Shown here: in pieces, positions 35,994 to 46,243 of the stretch
Layout of the letters: the number at the start of each line of letters is the position of its first letter
Numbering within the stretch: position 1 is the stretch's first letter
Source: Nitrospirota bacterium
Lineage (GTDB): Bacteria > Nitrospirota > UBA9217
DNA: 64,000 nucleotides
NCBI GenBank assembly: GCA_963754875.1
Contig: CAVWHO010000016.1
Span: forward strand, 70,286 to 134,285
Direction of reading: 5' to 3'
Position numbers and translations under genes: made by a program
Notes under the pieces: model-generated
The model's input: only the letters and a program-made list of their open reading frames with translations
Told to the model about the DNA's origin: nothing
Database searches by the model: none

Positions 35994-36356
35994 CTATTTC
36001 TTGGGCTTCTCCTGGGGAGTGGCCGGAGCTATTGATGGAAATTTTTGTTTTTCAAGGCACCGCTCTATCCCGAGACGCGTGACCGAAAAACCCAAGGCTG
36101 AGGGTTCTTCTTCCTGTTTCACTCGTGTCATGAATTCACAGCGCCAGCAATTATGTAATTTCTGCGCATAGGTGCCTTCAATTTTTCCGCCGCACAGGGA
36201 TCCCGCCACGACCCAGCATGCCCTTCCTGCGTTCTGGCCGCCGTGGGCGCCGCCCAAGTCCTGAGATGTGGACACCGGGCAGATGCCGAGTTCTTGCGCT
36301 TTATGGCCGCCAGGCTGACGTCCGCAATTCTTGAATTCCCAGCAATTCTTTTTCAT
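35994..36356 (-). CDS. Uncharacterised Cys-rich small protein, paralog B
   Basis: 120 aa. MKKNCWEFKNCGRQPGG...GICP...LGGAHGGQNAGRACWVVAGSLCGGK...NCWRCEF. A sigma-54-type promoter lies upstream (see the next feature). Confidence 0.5.
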   Translation of the reverse strand: MKKNCWEFKNCGRQPGGHKAQELGICPVSTSQDLGGAHGGQNAGRACWVVAGSLCGGKIEGTYAQKLHNCWRCEFMTRVKQEEEPSALGFSVTRLGIERCLEKQKFPSIAPATPQEKPKK

Positions 36357-36509
36357 ACCGTCCCTCCTGTATACCGTTCTCGATAATGCTCATCCCGTAT
36401 CGCGATGAGGTGGCTGGTCCCATATTCTGTAAGACATTGCAGCAACCACGGAAAAACGTTTTTCCGTTTCCGACAGATTGACACCGAGGAATGCGCTGCA
36501 TGAATGTCT

Positions 36510-36525
36510 AGCAAAAATATTGCCA
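36510..36525 (-). promoter_or_regulatory. Sigma-54 (-24/-12) promoter TGGCAA-N5-TTGCT, reading toward Cys-rich protein B
   Basis: The minus strand reads gagaTGGCAAtatttTTGCTagac. GG and GC are separated by 10 nt as in the consensus TGGCAC-N5-TTGCW. It lies about 150 nt upstream of the ATG. The palindrome GGAAAAACGTTTTTCC (36449-36466) lies in the predicted 5' UTR. Confidence 0.55.
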
Positions 36526-36824
36526 TCTCTAACCAATTGTTTTTTAAATTTTTAAGCAGTGAGAGAGCTGAAATGCCGGGCAATTTATCTTGGCATGACG
36601 GCAGAATGCCTGATTGAGAAGATGCGAAGGACAAAAAAATATTCAGGGTTTTACAATCACGGGTCCTGATGTTGACCGCCTCAACCCAGCATCCGTTTTA
36701 TTCGCTCTTTCTGCTTCTATTTACACCACGCCTTATCGGGCATTCTGTCTTCCAGATAGGGAGAGATTCCCGACTGTGCAGCGTGCTCGCATCACTATAC
36801 TATAAAAAATCAGTGCGTTAGCAA

Positions 36825-36840
36825 TGGCAGCATTTATGCT
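36825..36840 (+). promoter_or_regulatory. Sigma-54-type promoter TGGCAG-N5-ATGCT upstream of cytochrome c7
   Basis: aaTGGCAGcatttATGCTagg with correct GG-N10-GC spacing. It ends 27 nt before the ATG at 36868. Confidence 0.45.
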
Positions 36841-36867
36841 AGGAGAAGACGGCGGGAGGGAGTGGGC

Positions 36868-37185
36868 ATGAAAAAATATATTTTTATGATCGAGCTTATT
36901 TCACTTTTTCTCACACCAACGGCATGGTCAAAGATCGGAGGCGGAGATATAACGTTCCTGGTGAAAGATGCGGGGAATGTTGTATACAACCATGATTCCC
37001 ATGTCGATAAATTGGGGCTGGGGTGTTCAGCGTGTCACTACGGTATTTTTGCCCGGGCCGCACATAACATCAGGGATAAAGCGACCATGACAGAGATGCA
37101 GAATGGGAAGTCTTGCGGCAGTTGCCATAACGGACGAAGAGCATTCGGGGTAGATAAAAACTGCTCACGCTGCCATCATAAATGA
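36868..37185 (+). CDS. Periplasmic triheme cytochrome c7 (PpcA family)
   Basis: Signal peptide, then GDITFLVKDAGNVVYNHDSHVDKLGLGCSACHYG...MQNGKSCGSCHNGRRAFGVDKNCSRCHHK. It has three CxxCH motifs in a mature protein of about 80 aa, with the same spacing pattern as Geobacter PpcA. The start is set at the ATG at 36868, preceded by GGGAGGG. The ORF track uses a GTG two codons earlier. Confidence 0.8.
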   Translation: MKKYIFMIELISLFLTPTAWSKIGGGDITFLVKDAGNVVYNHDSHVDKLGLGCSACHYGIFARAAHNIRDKATMTEMQNGKSCGSCHNGRRAFGVDKNCSRCHHK

Positions 37186-37408
37186 CAACGTGTCAGCAGG
37201 AAAGTAACATCCGTAATTCCCTGTAGACGGAGCGGCGGAGCTGCATTTCTCACCGAGGGGACACATGACCCTGTGAAGTGAGCGTTGCGACGTGAGGCGG
37301 TATTCGGGAAAATAAATTTTTGCTAGAATGTCGGCAGGTGCGTCAAGCATAAAAAAGCCAGTTCTGCACTTTGCAAATCTTACCTCTTAAGTTGAAAGAT
37401 CATGATAC

Positions 37409-40084
37409 ATGGAAAAAATTAAAAGAATAACCATCTCGGGCAAGCGGTATGATTTTTATCTGTTGTCGGCATGGACCGCGGTAATTGCTTTTGCTTTTAT
37501 TTTTTCTGCTTATTATTATCATCAAAACATGCTCGGCCAGGCCGCAATCGAAGCGCGAACACACTTGGATCTGGATATGGAATACAGGTCTTTTATAACA
37601 ACATTAGGAGGTGTGTATGTTCCCGCTTCGGTTGTTCGCCCGAATCCATTCCTCGTTGCCCGGAATAAAAATATCACGACAACCGAGGGAAATAAACTGA
37701 CGCTTGTTAACTCGGCATATATGACGAGATTGTTATTCGACACAGACAATACAAGTACGGGACAGCCCGCTATCAGCAAAATTACCAGTTTAAAGCCCAT
37801 TAATCCGGGCAACAAGCCGGACGCCTGGGAAAGGGACGCCTTGCTCTCCTTCGAGAAAGGTCGACAGGAGGCCCGTGAAGTCAAAACAATAAATGGAGAA
37901 CCCTTTTTGAGACTCATGCGACCGCTCGTCACCGAAAGAAGATGCCTCATGTGTCATGCATACCAGGGGTATAAGGACGGAGATATCCGCGGCGGCATCA
38001 GCGTGGCCGTTCCGTTAAAACAGTATCTGAAAACAGAATCAAGAACAAGAAGCAAATTATTTATTATCGATATTTTCGTTTGGCTTATCGGATGCGCAGG
38101 GATCGTCGGCTTTTCCAGGGTCAGGCAAGAACAGGAAAAAGATCTTGTGGAAAGCGAATGGAAGTTCAGGACTGTATCAGAATCAACTCATGACTGGGAG
38201 TATTGGGCTGCTGAAGATGGGTCAATAGCATATATGTCCCCTTCCAGCACGATCATCACCGGTTACAGCCCCGAGGAGTTCTTAACGAAGCCCGACCTTC
38301 TCATGGAAATCATGCATGATGAAGACAGAGCTACCTTTAGTTGTCACTTGAGTGATGTGAGGGCCAAGCAACACCGGGAAATAGAAATCAGAATTATCAC
38401 AAAGGACGGCCATCTGAAATGGATTGCTCATTCATGTTCTCCTCTCTATAAGAAGGAAAGATTCCTCGGAAGGCGTGTAAACAACAGGGACATTACCGAA
38501 CGCAAACAGGCCGAGGAGGCCCTGATCGAACAGGAGGGGTTTTCAGCAAATCTTATCGGGCACTCGGCAACGGCAACTTTCGTTTTGGATAAAAACCACA
38601 AGATCATGCTCTGGAATAGGGCATGCGAAGAACTTACCGGGCTTCGTGAATCCCAGATGATAGATACCGATGACCAGTGGAAACCCTTCTACAGCTACAA
38701 GAGGCCCACCATCGCAGATTTCATTATTGACAACGATTTCGAAGAGCTTTTTAAATATTATGACAATTATACAAAATCACCACTCCTCCCCCAGGGAATC
38801 AAGGCCGAAGGCTGGTATCGAGATCTCGGTGGCAAGGACAGATACATCATCTTTGAGGCGTCTCCGATACATAGCAGCAAAGGAAAGCTGATAGCCGCGA
38901 TTGAGACACTGCAGGATATAACGGAAAACAAAAAACTTGAGGAACAACTTCTTCAGTCCCAGAAGCTAGACGCCATCGGTAAACTCGCTGGCGGCGTGGC
39001 CCACGACTTTAATAATATACTGACCGCTATCATGGGGTTTTCTCATCTCACGCTTTCGAAACTGCCTGAAGACGATCCGTTGAGAGGCAACATGGATCAA
39101 ATTCTCCTCGCGTCGAACCGGGCAGTCGAGCTTACCCAGGGTCTTCTTTCTTTCAGCAGGAAACGTATTATGAACCCTGCGCCGCACAGCCTGACTGACA
39201 TTGTCGTGAAACTGAAAAAATTTTTGCTGCGGTTGATCAGGGAGGACATACAGCTGCTTATTACGCTGTCGGAGGAGGAACTGACTGTTTTCGTTGACAG
39301 CGGCCAGATTGAGCAGGTGCTGATGAACCTCGTTACAAATGCAAGAGATGCCCTGCCGACGGGTGGGCAAATAGCTATCCGAACTGAGTCTGCATACTTG
39401 GATGAGTCCTTTGCCGAGACGCATGGGTATGGGGAGGCGGGCAGATATGCCGTTCTCATTGTTTCTGATACAGGCAAGGGAATGGATGCAAAAACGAGAG
39501 ATAGGATATTCGAGCCTTTTTTTACAACAAAAGAACAGGGGAAAGGGACAGGTCTCGGCCTCGCAGTAGTATACGGCATCATCAAGCAGCATAATGGATT
39601 TATCAACGTCTATAGCGAGCCGGGGAAAGGTACGTCGTTTAAAATCTATCTGCCTCAATTGAGAGGGAGCCACAAGGTAGAGCAAAGAGAGGTGCAATCC
39701 AGCACAATACAAGGCGGCTCAGAGACGGTACTCATAGCCGAGGACGACGCAGTGTTGAGGGAACTATCGTCCACAATACTGCGCAATCACGGATACCACG
39801 TGATCGAGGCGGTTGACGGCGAAGACGTAGTGGTCAAATTCAACGAAAACAAGGGTCGCGTGAAATTGATTATCTTCGACGTCATTATGCCGAAGAAGAA
39901 CGGTTTAGAAGCGTATCAGGATATTCGGAGGATAGACCAAGCGGTGAAAGCAATTTTCGTCAGTGGTTATGCGGAAGACTTAATGAATAAAGAAGGTCTG
40001 CTTGAGCCCGGCATCAATTTCATTTCTAAACCCATTATCCCATCAACGTTGTTGCAGAATGTGAGAAAAGTGTTGACTTCGTAA
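37409..40084 (+). CDS. Hybrid sensor histidine kinase with a periplasmic c-type-haem (CxxCH) Tll0287/DUF3365-like sensor domain, PAS domains, HisKA, HATPase_c and a C-terminal receiver
   Basis: 891 aa. TM, then ...PGNKPDAWERDALLSFEKGRQEAREVKTINGEPFLRLMRPLVTERRCLMCHAYQGYKDGDIRGGISVAVPL matches the DUF3365 haem-binding sensor pattern. HDFNNIL is the H-box. The ATPase G-boxes are GKGMD...GTGLGLAVV. The C-terminal VLIAEDDAVLREL...LIIFDVIMP...KP is a receiver. Confidence 0.8.
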   Translation: MEKIKRITISGKRYDFYLLSAWTAVIAFAFIFSAYYYHQNMLGQAAIEARTHLDLDMEYRSFITTLGGVYVPASVVRPNPFLVARNKNITTTEGNKLTLVNSAYMTRLLFDTDNTSTGQPAISKITSLKPINPGNKPDAWERDALLSFEKGRQEAREVKTINGEPFLRLMRPLVTERRCLMCHAYQGYKDGDIRGGISVAVPLKQYLKTESRTRSKLFIIDIFVWLIGCAGIVGFSRVRQEQEKDLVESEWKFRTVSESTHDWEYWAAEDGSIAYMSPSSTIITGYSPEEFLTKPDLLMEIMHDEDRATFSCHLSDVRAKQHREIEIRIITKDGHLKWIAHSCSPLYKKERFLGRRVNNRDITERKQAEEALIEQEGFSANLIGHSATATFVLDKNHKIMLWNRACEELTGLRESQMIDTDDQWKPFYSYKRPTIADFIIDNDFEELFKYYDNYTKSPLLPQGIKAEGWYRDLGGKDRYIIFEASPIHSSKGKLIAAIETLQDITENKKLEEQLLQSQKLDAIGKLAGGVAHDFNNILTAIMGFSHLTLSKLPEDDPLRGNMDQILLASNRAVELTQGLLSFSRKRIMNPAPHSLTDIVVKLKKFLLRLIREDIQLLITLSEEELTVFVDSGQIEQVLMNLVTNARDALPTGGQIAIRTESAYLDESFAETHGYGEAGRYAVLIVSDTGKGMDAKTRDRIFEPFFTTKEQGKGTGLGLAVVYGIIKQHNGFINVYSEPGKGTSFKIYLPQLRGSHKVEQREVQSSTIQGGSETVLIAEDDAVLRELSSTILRNHGYHVIEAVDGEDVVVKFNENKGRVKLIIFDVIMPKKNGLEAYQDIRRIDQAVKAIFVSGYAEDLMNKEGLLEPGINFISKPIIPSTLLQNVRKVLTS

Positions 40085-40123
40085 GCCGGCAGGCGCCCTT
40101 AATAGAGTTACCGTTGAATAATT

Positions 40124-40138
40124 CGGCAGAGGGATTGC
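40124..40138 (+). promoter_or_regulatory. Sigma-54-type promoter CGGCAG-N5-TTGCG upstream of the haem-sensor chemoreceptor gene
   Basis: attCGGCAGagggaTTGCGatt with GG-N10-GC spacing, about 55 nt upstream of the start. Confidence 0.45.
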
Positions 40139-40195
40139 GATTCCACGCTTCTCAAACCGAACACTTACTACAGCTGAAAAGCGAGGAGTTGAACC

Positions 40196-41803
40196 GTGAT
40201 AATGAAAAAAACTATTAACGGCAATATGTCATTGTCTTCGAAAATTGGTGCCCCCATTGTTGTCGCTGTATTTATTGGTATTGCCATTTCCGTACTTGTT
40301 ACTGGCTATACAATGAAATTAATTGTTATTCAGGAGGTGGAGAAATCGACGCTGGAAACAACGCGAGATACGGTTCTGAATTCCCTTACAACAATGATGG
40401 TGAGTAATGATATTCAAAATTCAAAGAAATTATTCATCGACCAGATGAAGAATATTGTCGATCTGAAAGTAATCAGGTCAGATAAATTAAACGAACAATT
40501 TGGCACGGTTGAAAAAAGTTATACAAAAGATGATATTCAAGCGGAAGTACTCAGCAAAGGAGTAGAGAAAATAGTCCTTGAAGGTGAGTCTATAAGAGGG
40601 GTTTATCCCTATATTGCCAAGCGGAATATTATGGGGAGAAACTGCCTGAGCTGTCACAATGTGCCCGAAGGGACTGTCCTGGCGGCTGTGGACATAACAG
40701 TACCCCTCGGCGCCTCCTATGCGAGAATTAAAAAATTACAGTGGCTATTTGTCCTTTTGGGTCTTGCAGGAATTTTGACGCTCTTGTTTATTGTCCGTTA
40801 CATAATGAAAGTCATGCTGCGGCCCCTCCACGAAGTTATAAGCAAAATAAAGGAAGTTTCAACGGGCGATCTTACCGTACATTTCCCTTATCATAATAAT
40901 GACGAAATAGGGGTTCTCTCACGAAACATGGAAACAATGACGCAGTCGATTTCCTTATTAATCACGCGTATTCTGACAACATCCTCAAAAGTTGTTGATT
41001 CTGTCGATGCTCTTCAGCAAAGCGGAGACCGTCTGTTTACTAGCGCTAAAAACCAAGCCGTGCAGGCTCAACATATTGCGTCAGCGTCGGAAGAGATGAG
41101 CCTGACGATCGGAGACATAGCAAAAAATTCTTCCGTAGCGGCATCAATTACTTCAAACGCCATGAACATGGCGAACGGAGGAAAATCTGTCGCCGAAGGG
41201 GCCGTGCAAATAATCACTAATGTGGATGCCTGCAGTGCTGAGTTGCAGCACCTCATTAATGATTTGAATGAAAGCGCTATGGATATAGGCAACATTGTAA
41301 CTATTATCAATGGAATTGCCGATCAGACCAATTTGCTTGCGTTAAATGCATCGGTCGAAGCAGCGCATGCCGGCGATAAGGGCCGTGGTTTTGCTGTTGT
41401 TGCTGATGAAGTCCGCAAATTGGCCGAAAAAACGATTAATGCTACAATAGAAATATCCAGCAAAACAAAAGCAGTACAGCAAAAAACAAACCAAGCTACT
41501 ATATCGATGGAAAGTTCCTCGAAGGAAGTAAGTAAAGCCACTACACATATGAAGAGCGTGGGAGAACAATTACACCACATCGTGGATGCTGTTCAAAAAG
41601 CCAAGGACGAAATAATATCCATTGCTACAGCTGTTGAGGAACAGTCCTCGGTTGCCGAGAATGTCACGAAAAACATAGCAATAACATCTAATACCGCTCA
41701 AAGCATGGAAGATCTGGCAAACAATATTTCACATCAGGTTAATGCTTTAACCAAAGTAGTTACCGAGATGAGAGAATATTCCTCTGAGTTCAAAACTGCC
41801 TAA
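40196..41803 (+). CDS. Methyl-accepting chemotaxis protein whose periplasmic domain carries a CxxCH haem-binding motif
   Basis: 535 aa with two TM helices. Its periplasmic domain carries [23 protein letters not shown], and it has a HAMP domain. The MCP signalling domain carries the highly conserved [34 protein letters not shown]. Haem-containing chemoreceptors of this kind are known in Geobacter. Confidence 0.8.
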   Translation: MIMKKTINGNMSLSSKIGAPIVVAVFIGIAISVLVTGYTMKLIVIQEVEKSTLETTRDTVLNSLTTMMVSNDIQNSKKLFIDQMKNIVDLKVIRSDKLNEQFGTVEKSYTKDDIQAEVLSKGVEKIVLEGESIRGVYPYIAKRNIMGRNCLSCHNVPEGTVLAAVDITVPLGASYARIKKLQWLFVLLGLAGILTLLFIVRYIMKVMLRPLHEVISKIKEVSTGDLTVHFPYHNNDEIGVLSRNMETMTQSISLLITRILTTSSKVVDSVDALQQSGDRLFTSAKNQAVQAQHIASASEEMSLTIGDIAKNSSVAASITSNAMNMANGGKSVAEGAVQIITNVDACSAELQHLINDLNESAMDIGNIVTIINGIADQTNLLALNASVEAAHAGDKGRGFAVVADEVRKLAEKTINATIEISSKTKAVQQKTNQATISMESSSKEVSKATTHMKSVGEQLHHIVDAVQKAKDEIISIATAVEEQSSVAENVTKNIAITSNTAQSMEDLANNISHQVNALTKVVTEMREYSSEFKTA

Positions 41804-41849
41804 GGCGAACTGATAATGTTGGACCGCTGAAACAGATCACCGTTAGAGG

Positions 41850-44679
41850 TCACTGTCGCGGCAGCGTGATGGAAAAGGTCGTTCCCCTCCCCAATTCGGT
41901 CGTAACGCGGATATCGCCATGATGGTCAACAAGTATTTTTTTTGTAATCGCAAGTCCGAGGCCGGTCCCCCCGTTGGCAGCTTTCGTCGTATAGAAGGGG
42001 TCAAAGATCCTATTGATCTGCTCCGGCAATATGCCGCCTCCCGTATCGCTGATCCTGATGTTGACCGCCTCCTCCTCAGCAACCGTCTCGATGGCCAAGG
42101 CGCCTTTGTCGTCCATGGCGTCGAGGCCGTTTGTAATCACCGTGAGAAAGACCTGCCTCAGTTCCCCTTCGTTCCCATAGACGGTAAGGTTCCCTTGTGT
42201 ATAGCCTCTCACCACCTCGACTTCTTTTAATCTGCCTTGAAGGCTGATGACCTCCAGTGTCCTGTCGATCATCTCATGGACATCGATCGTCTTTTTGTCC
42301 GGCGAGCCTTTCCGTACGAACGAAAGCATGCCTGTGGTTATATTTTTGCACCGCGCAATCTCTTCTTCGATGATCTCCAGATATTTCTTGAACAGCGCCG
42401 GCTCAAAGTGTCCCTGGTTAACCCGGTTCAAGAGACCTTCCGCACATCCCCTGATCGCGGCCAACGGGTTGTTGATCTCATGGGCGATGCTCGCCGCCAT
42501 CTGTCCGAGAGATGCCAACCGCTCGTTCATGATGAACCGCATCTCTCGTTCCCGTTCCTGCGTCACGTCTCTTACGATATTGATGGTCCCGCCGGGGGCC
42601 CCATCGGGGTTCAGGTAAGGAAAGTGCGTGGTCACCAACGTTCTTTTATTTATCGGGTCCACCTGTTGGACATCAGCCGCGATGCCTGTTTCCTGTATCC
42701 TATGGTGCGGACAATCAGTATAGGGATCACGTGATTCGTGGACCAGTTCGTAGCATTTCTGATTGAGAATTGACGAAAAGCTCTTCCCAACATACGCAGC
42801 AAAGGCCTTGTTCGCCTTGATAATCCTGTATTCCCTGTCGGTGATGCAGATGGGGTCCTGGATATTATCGAAAGTATCACTCCATTCTTTCTCGGAACGG
42901 CTGACCTGAGCGACCAGATACTGAAGCTCCATGACGAACTTCTCCCGTTCCATCTCCATCCGCTTTCGCTGTGAAATATCGACCACCGCGATCCGGATCT
43001 GACCTGCCTTATCGTCGACATTATCGGCGATCGTACTCTGGAGTTGGGCGTAAAATGCCGGGGCATTTCTCGGTACTATCCTCAACTCGCAGGTCTGTAA
43101 TGCTTGGCTCCTGAATGTTTCCTTACGATGGCCTTCGTAAACTGCAAGATCGCCCTTTTCGATAAAAGGGGTAAAAGATTCCCCTATCAACAGATGCCTG
43201 GTTACGCCCACCATATTGGCCCCGGTAAGATTCGCTTCCCGGATCCGACCGCTTGCATCAATCAAGAAATACCCGAACCGGAGAGAAATCAAAGAGGTCC
43301 CTATATCTGGCGCGGGAGGATTCAAGCTCCACCCGCGCGCGGTGCAACGTTTTTTCCGCCTGTTTGCGCTCAGAGATATCGCGTACGATCGCCACCATGT
43401 ATCGCTTCCCCCCCTCGGCAACAGGCATGACGTTGATTTCAACGGGGAAGACACTGCCGTCTTTTCGCCGATGCAAACTCTCGATCATAAACGATCGACG
43501 CTTGAGGACGTCTTCGCACCTTTGTTTCCATGAGTGATCGTCCGGAATATTTAGGTCGAAGTCCCTTACCGACAAAGACAGCACTTCCGGGCGGGTGTAA
43601 CCATACCTCTCGCAGACTTTCTCGTTGCAGTCCGAAAAACGGCCGGTTTCGTGATCAGTTACGAATATGCAATCGTTTGACCGGTCGATAAGCGCGCGAA
43701 ACAGCCTCAGGTCCTTCTCAGCCTGCTTCCGGCTGGTAATGTCCCTCGCTACTTCAACAGCCGCGACGACCTCCCCCGACACATCGCGCACCGGAGATGC
43801 AATAAGTTCGTACGTTACTTCGCCCCGTTGTTCGATCAGGCCAGTTCGCTCCACGATATGGCGCTTCCCATCCTGGAAGGACAGCACAAGGGGGCAATCT
43901 TCACAGACAGCGTCCTTCTTCCGGTACGCCTTGTAGCAATACTCGCCGACATGGTCTCCGCCGACAAGTTCCCTGTGGAGCCGATTCTGATAAATGACCC
44001 TGAAATCCCTGCCCTGCATGCTGACGCCATCGGCTATAGCCACTATGATAGCCTCGGACTTGTTTTTTTCTTCTACGGTTTTTGCCAGCGCCCGACGCAA
44101 CGTTTCTTCCGCCTGTTTGCGCTCGGAGATGTCCACAACGGCAATTCGGATCAGACCGTTCGCCTTGCCATCCTGTTCGACAGCCAAGCAGTGCAACTGA
44201 GCAAAAAACGGGGAACCGCTCTTTCTTTTGAGTTTAACTTCGCAAGGTTGCTGGTACTTCTTCTCGATGACTTCGGCAAAATGAGAGAGGAACACCCGCT
44301 GTTCTTTCCTGTCCGCGAGAAAAACGGAGAAGGGTCCGTTGATCACTTGCAGCCGGTTGACGCCGAGCAGGGTCGCACAGGCGAGGTTAATTTCCTTGAT
44401 CGCGCCGCGGGCATCGAGCGCAAGATAGCCGACAGGCGCAAAATCGTACAAATCGGCCAACTTGTCGCGGGACGATTCCAGTGCCTCCCTCGTACGTCTG
44501 AGCTCTTCGTTCTGCATTTCGAGCTCGATCTGGTGAGTTCCGAGCTCATTGACGAGCTGTTTTAAATCATAGGTCGTGAGCTTGCTCAAGCCTTTCGTCT
44601 GTTCACCGAGCTTTTTCTTCGCCTTCCGTCGAAGGGCGGCGAGGGTTTCCGATTTTGAACTGGATTTTTTCGTAGGCAT
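41850..44679 (-). pseudogene. Large multi-PAS sensor histidine kinase split into two ORFs by a 1-nt insertion near 43274-43280
   Basis: ORF 43258-44679 encodes a coiled-coil plus about 4 PAS domains ending ...RARYRDLFDFSPV. ORF 41850-43454 continues in the +1 frame (GYFLIDASGRIREANLTG...) through more PAS, HisKA (HEINNPLAAIRG) and HATPase_c (DTGGGI...GTGLGLAI). Deleting the c in ccggttcgggtat joins them. The 5' end is set at the internal ATG at 44679, which overlaps the upstream regulator gene by 18 bp. Confidence 0.65.
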
Positions 44680-44695
44680 TCTTCTCACCGAATCC

Positions 44696-46012
44696 TCATT
44701 CTTCCACCCCGTAGCTTGCCAGCTTCCGGTACAAGGTCTTCGGGTCAATGCCGAGCAGTTCCGCCGCCTTGCCCCGCTGTCCTGCCGATGCGTCGAGGAC
44801 GCGCAGGATGTGCTCCCTCTCGACGTCTTCGAGCCGCGTGGAGGCTGCCTTCGGGCCCGTGACAAGATCGAGAGGGAGGTCGTAGGGTTCAATCACATCG
44901 CTGCGCGACAGGAGGAGCGTCCGGTGCACGACGTTCTGCAGTTCCCGCACGTTTCCGGGCCACGGGTATGCTGTGAGGACGCGGAGCGCCGACTCGCTGA
45001 ACCGCTTTTGCTTGAAAGCGGCGTCACGCTTCGTAAAGTAATCGATCAACGCCCGGATGTCCTCCTTGCGCTCCCGCAAGGGCGCAATCGGCACGGTGAG
45101 CGCCGTGACCCGGTAATACAGGTCTTGCCTGAAGGCCCCTTTCCGGATTTCTTCCTTAAGGTCCTTGTTCGAAGCAGCAAGTATCCTGATGTCCACCTTC
45201 TGCTCACGGGTGCCGCCGAGCCTGAAGAAACTCCCAGTTTCAATGACCCGGAGCAGCTTTATCTGGAGCGCAAGGGGCATGTCACCGATCTCATCGAGGA
45301 AGAGCGTCCCGCTGTTCGCGACTTCCAGGAGTCCGGGTTTTCGTGCTGAAGCGCCGGTAAATGCACCTTTTTCAAAACCGAACAATTCGCTCTCGATCAT
45401 GTTCTCGGGAATCGCCCCGCAGTTGATCGGGACAAAGGGACCGCCGGCGCGCTTCGACTCCCGGTGGATGCTCGCTGCAATCAGTTCTTTGCCCACGCCG
45501 CTCTCGCCGGTAATGAGCACGGGGAAATCGGATTGAGCGACCTTTTTCGCGGTCTCCTGCAATTCCTGCATTACGCGACTCGCGGCAATAAGGTGTTTCC
45601 GTTCCGTCTGCCGCTGAATTTGCGTTTTTAAAAGAATATTCTCGCTGCGGAGCTTCTTTTTTTCGTAGGCTTTATCGATGATCGGTCCAAGTTCTTCCAG
45701 GCGGAATGGCTTCGACAGGTAATCATAGGCCCCGAGTTTCATGGCCTCGACGGCAGTCGATATGGTTGCGTTCGCTGTCAGCACGATCACTTCGGTGGGA
45801 ATATCGAGAGACTTTATTTTTTTTAGGACATCGATGCCCACGAGTCCGGGCATGTTCAGATCGAGAAGGAGAACATCATATTCGTCCTGATCGAGCAGTT
45901 CCAGAGCCCGCCGTCCGTTTTCCACCTCATCTACATGAGTGTGATCGTTCGAAAGCTCCGTACGCAACACCTGCCTGATGTTCTTTTCATCGTCGGCAAC
46001 GAGCAGTTTCAT
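44696..46012 (-). CDS. Sigma-54-dependent response regulator (NtrC family: receiver, AAA+ sigma-54 activator, Fis-type HTH)
   Basis: 438 aa. KLLVADDEKNIRQVL...DVLLLDLNMPG is the receiver. GESGVGKELIAASIH...GAFTGA...GTLFLDEIGDMP, GSFFRLGG and the ESELFG motif mark the AAA+ sigma-54 activator. The C-terminal EREHILRVLDASAGQRGKAAELLGIDPKTLYRKL is the HTH. Confidence 0.9.
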   Translation of the reverse strand: MKLLVADDEKNIRQVLRTELSNDHTHVDEVENGRRALELLDQDEYDVLLLDLNMPGLVGIDVLKKIKSLDIPTEVIVLTANATISTAVEAMKLGAYDYLSKPFRLEELGPIIDKAYEKKKLRSENILLKTQIQRQTERKHLIAASRVMQELQETAKKVAQSDFPVLITGESGVGKELIAASIHRESKRAGGPFVPINCGAIPENMIESELFGFEKGAFTGASARKPGLLEVANSGTLFLDEIGDMPLALQIKLLRVIETGSFFRLGGTREQKVDIRILAASNKDLKEEIRKGAFRQDLYYRVTALTVPIAPLRERKEDIRALIDYFTKRDAAFKQKRFSESALRVLTAYPWPGNVRELQNVVHRTLLLSRSDVIEPYDLPLDLVTGPKAASTRLEDVEREHILRVLDASAGQRGKAAELLGIDPKTLYRKLASYGVEE

Positions 46013-46243
46013 GACAGCTTGCCCCCGAAAACCATATCAACCGTGCTGGATAATCACGACAAGCCATTACGGCTCAATTAAAATAGTATACAACAGGACC
46101 GGTCTCTATGCAAGAGCGACCAGATTGTGCGACCAGATTGTGGAATCTGCCGTTGAGGGAATAGGTAATTTAAAAAAAGGGGGGGGAAGATGGGGGAGGT
46201 CAAAAAAAGACCGTCCAATTGAACACGCTTGCGAGGGAATGTT

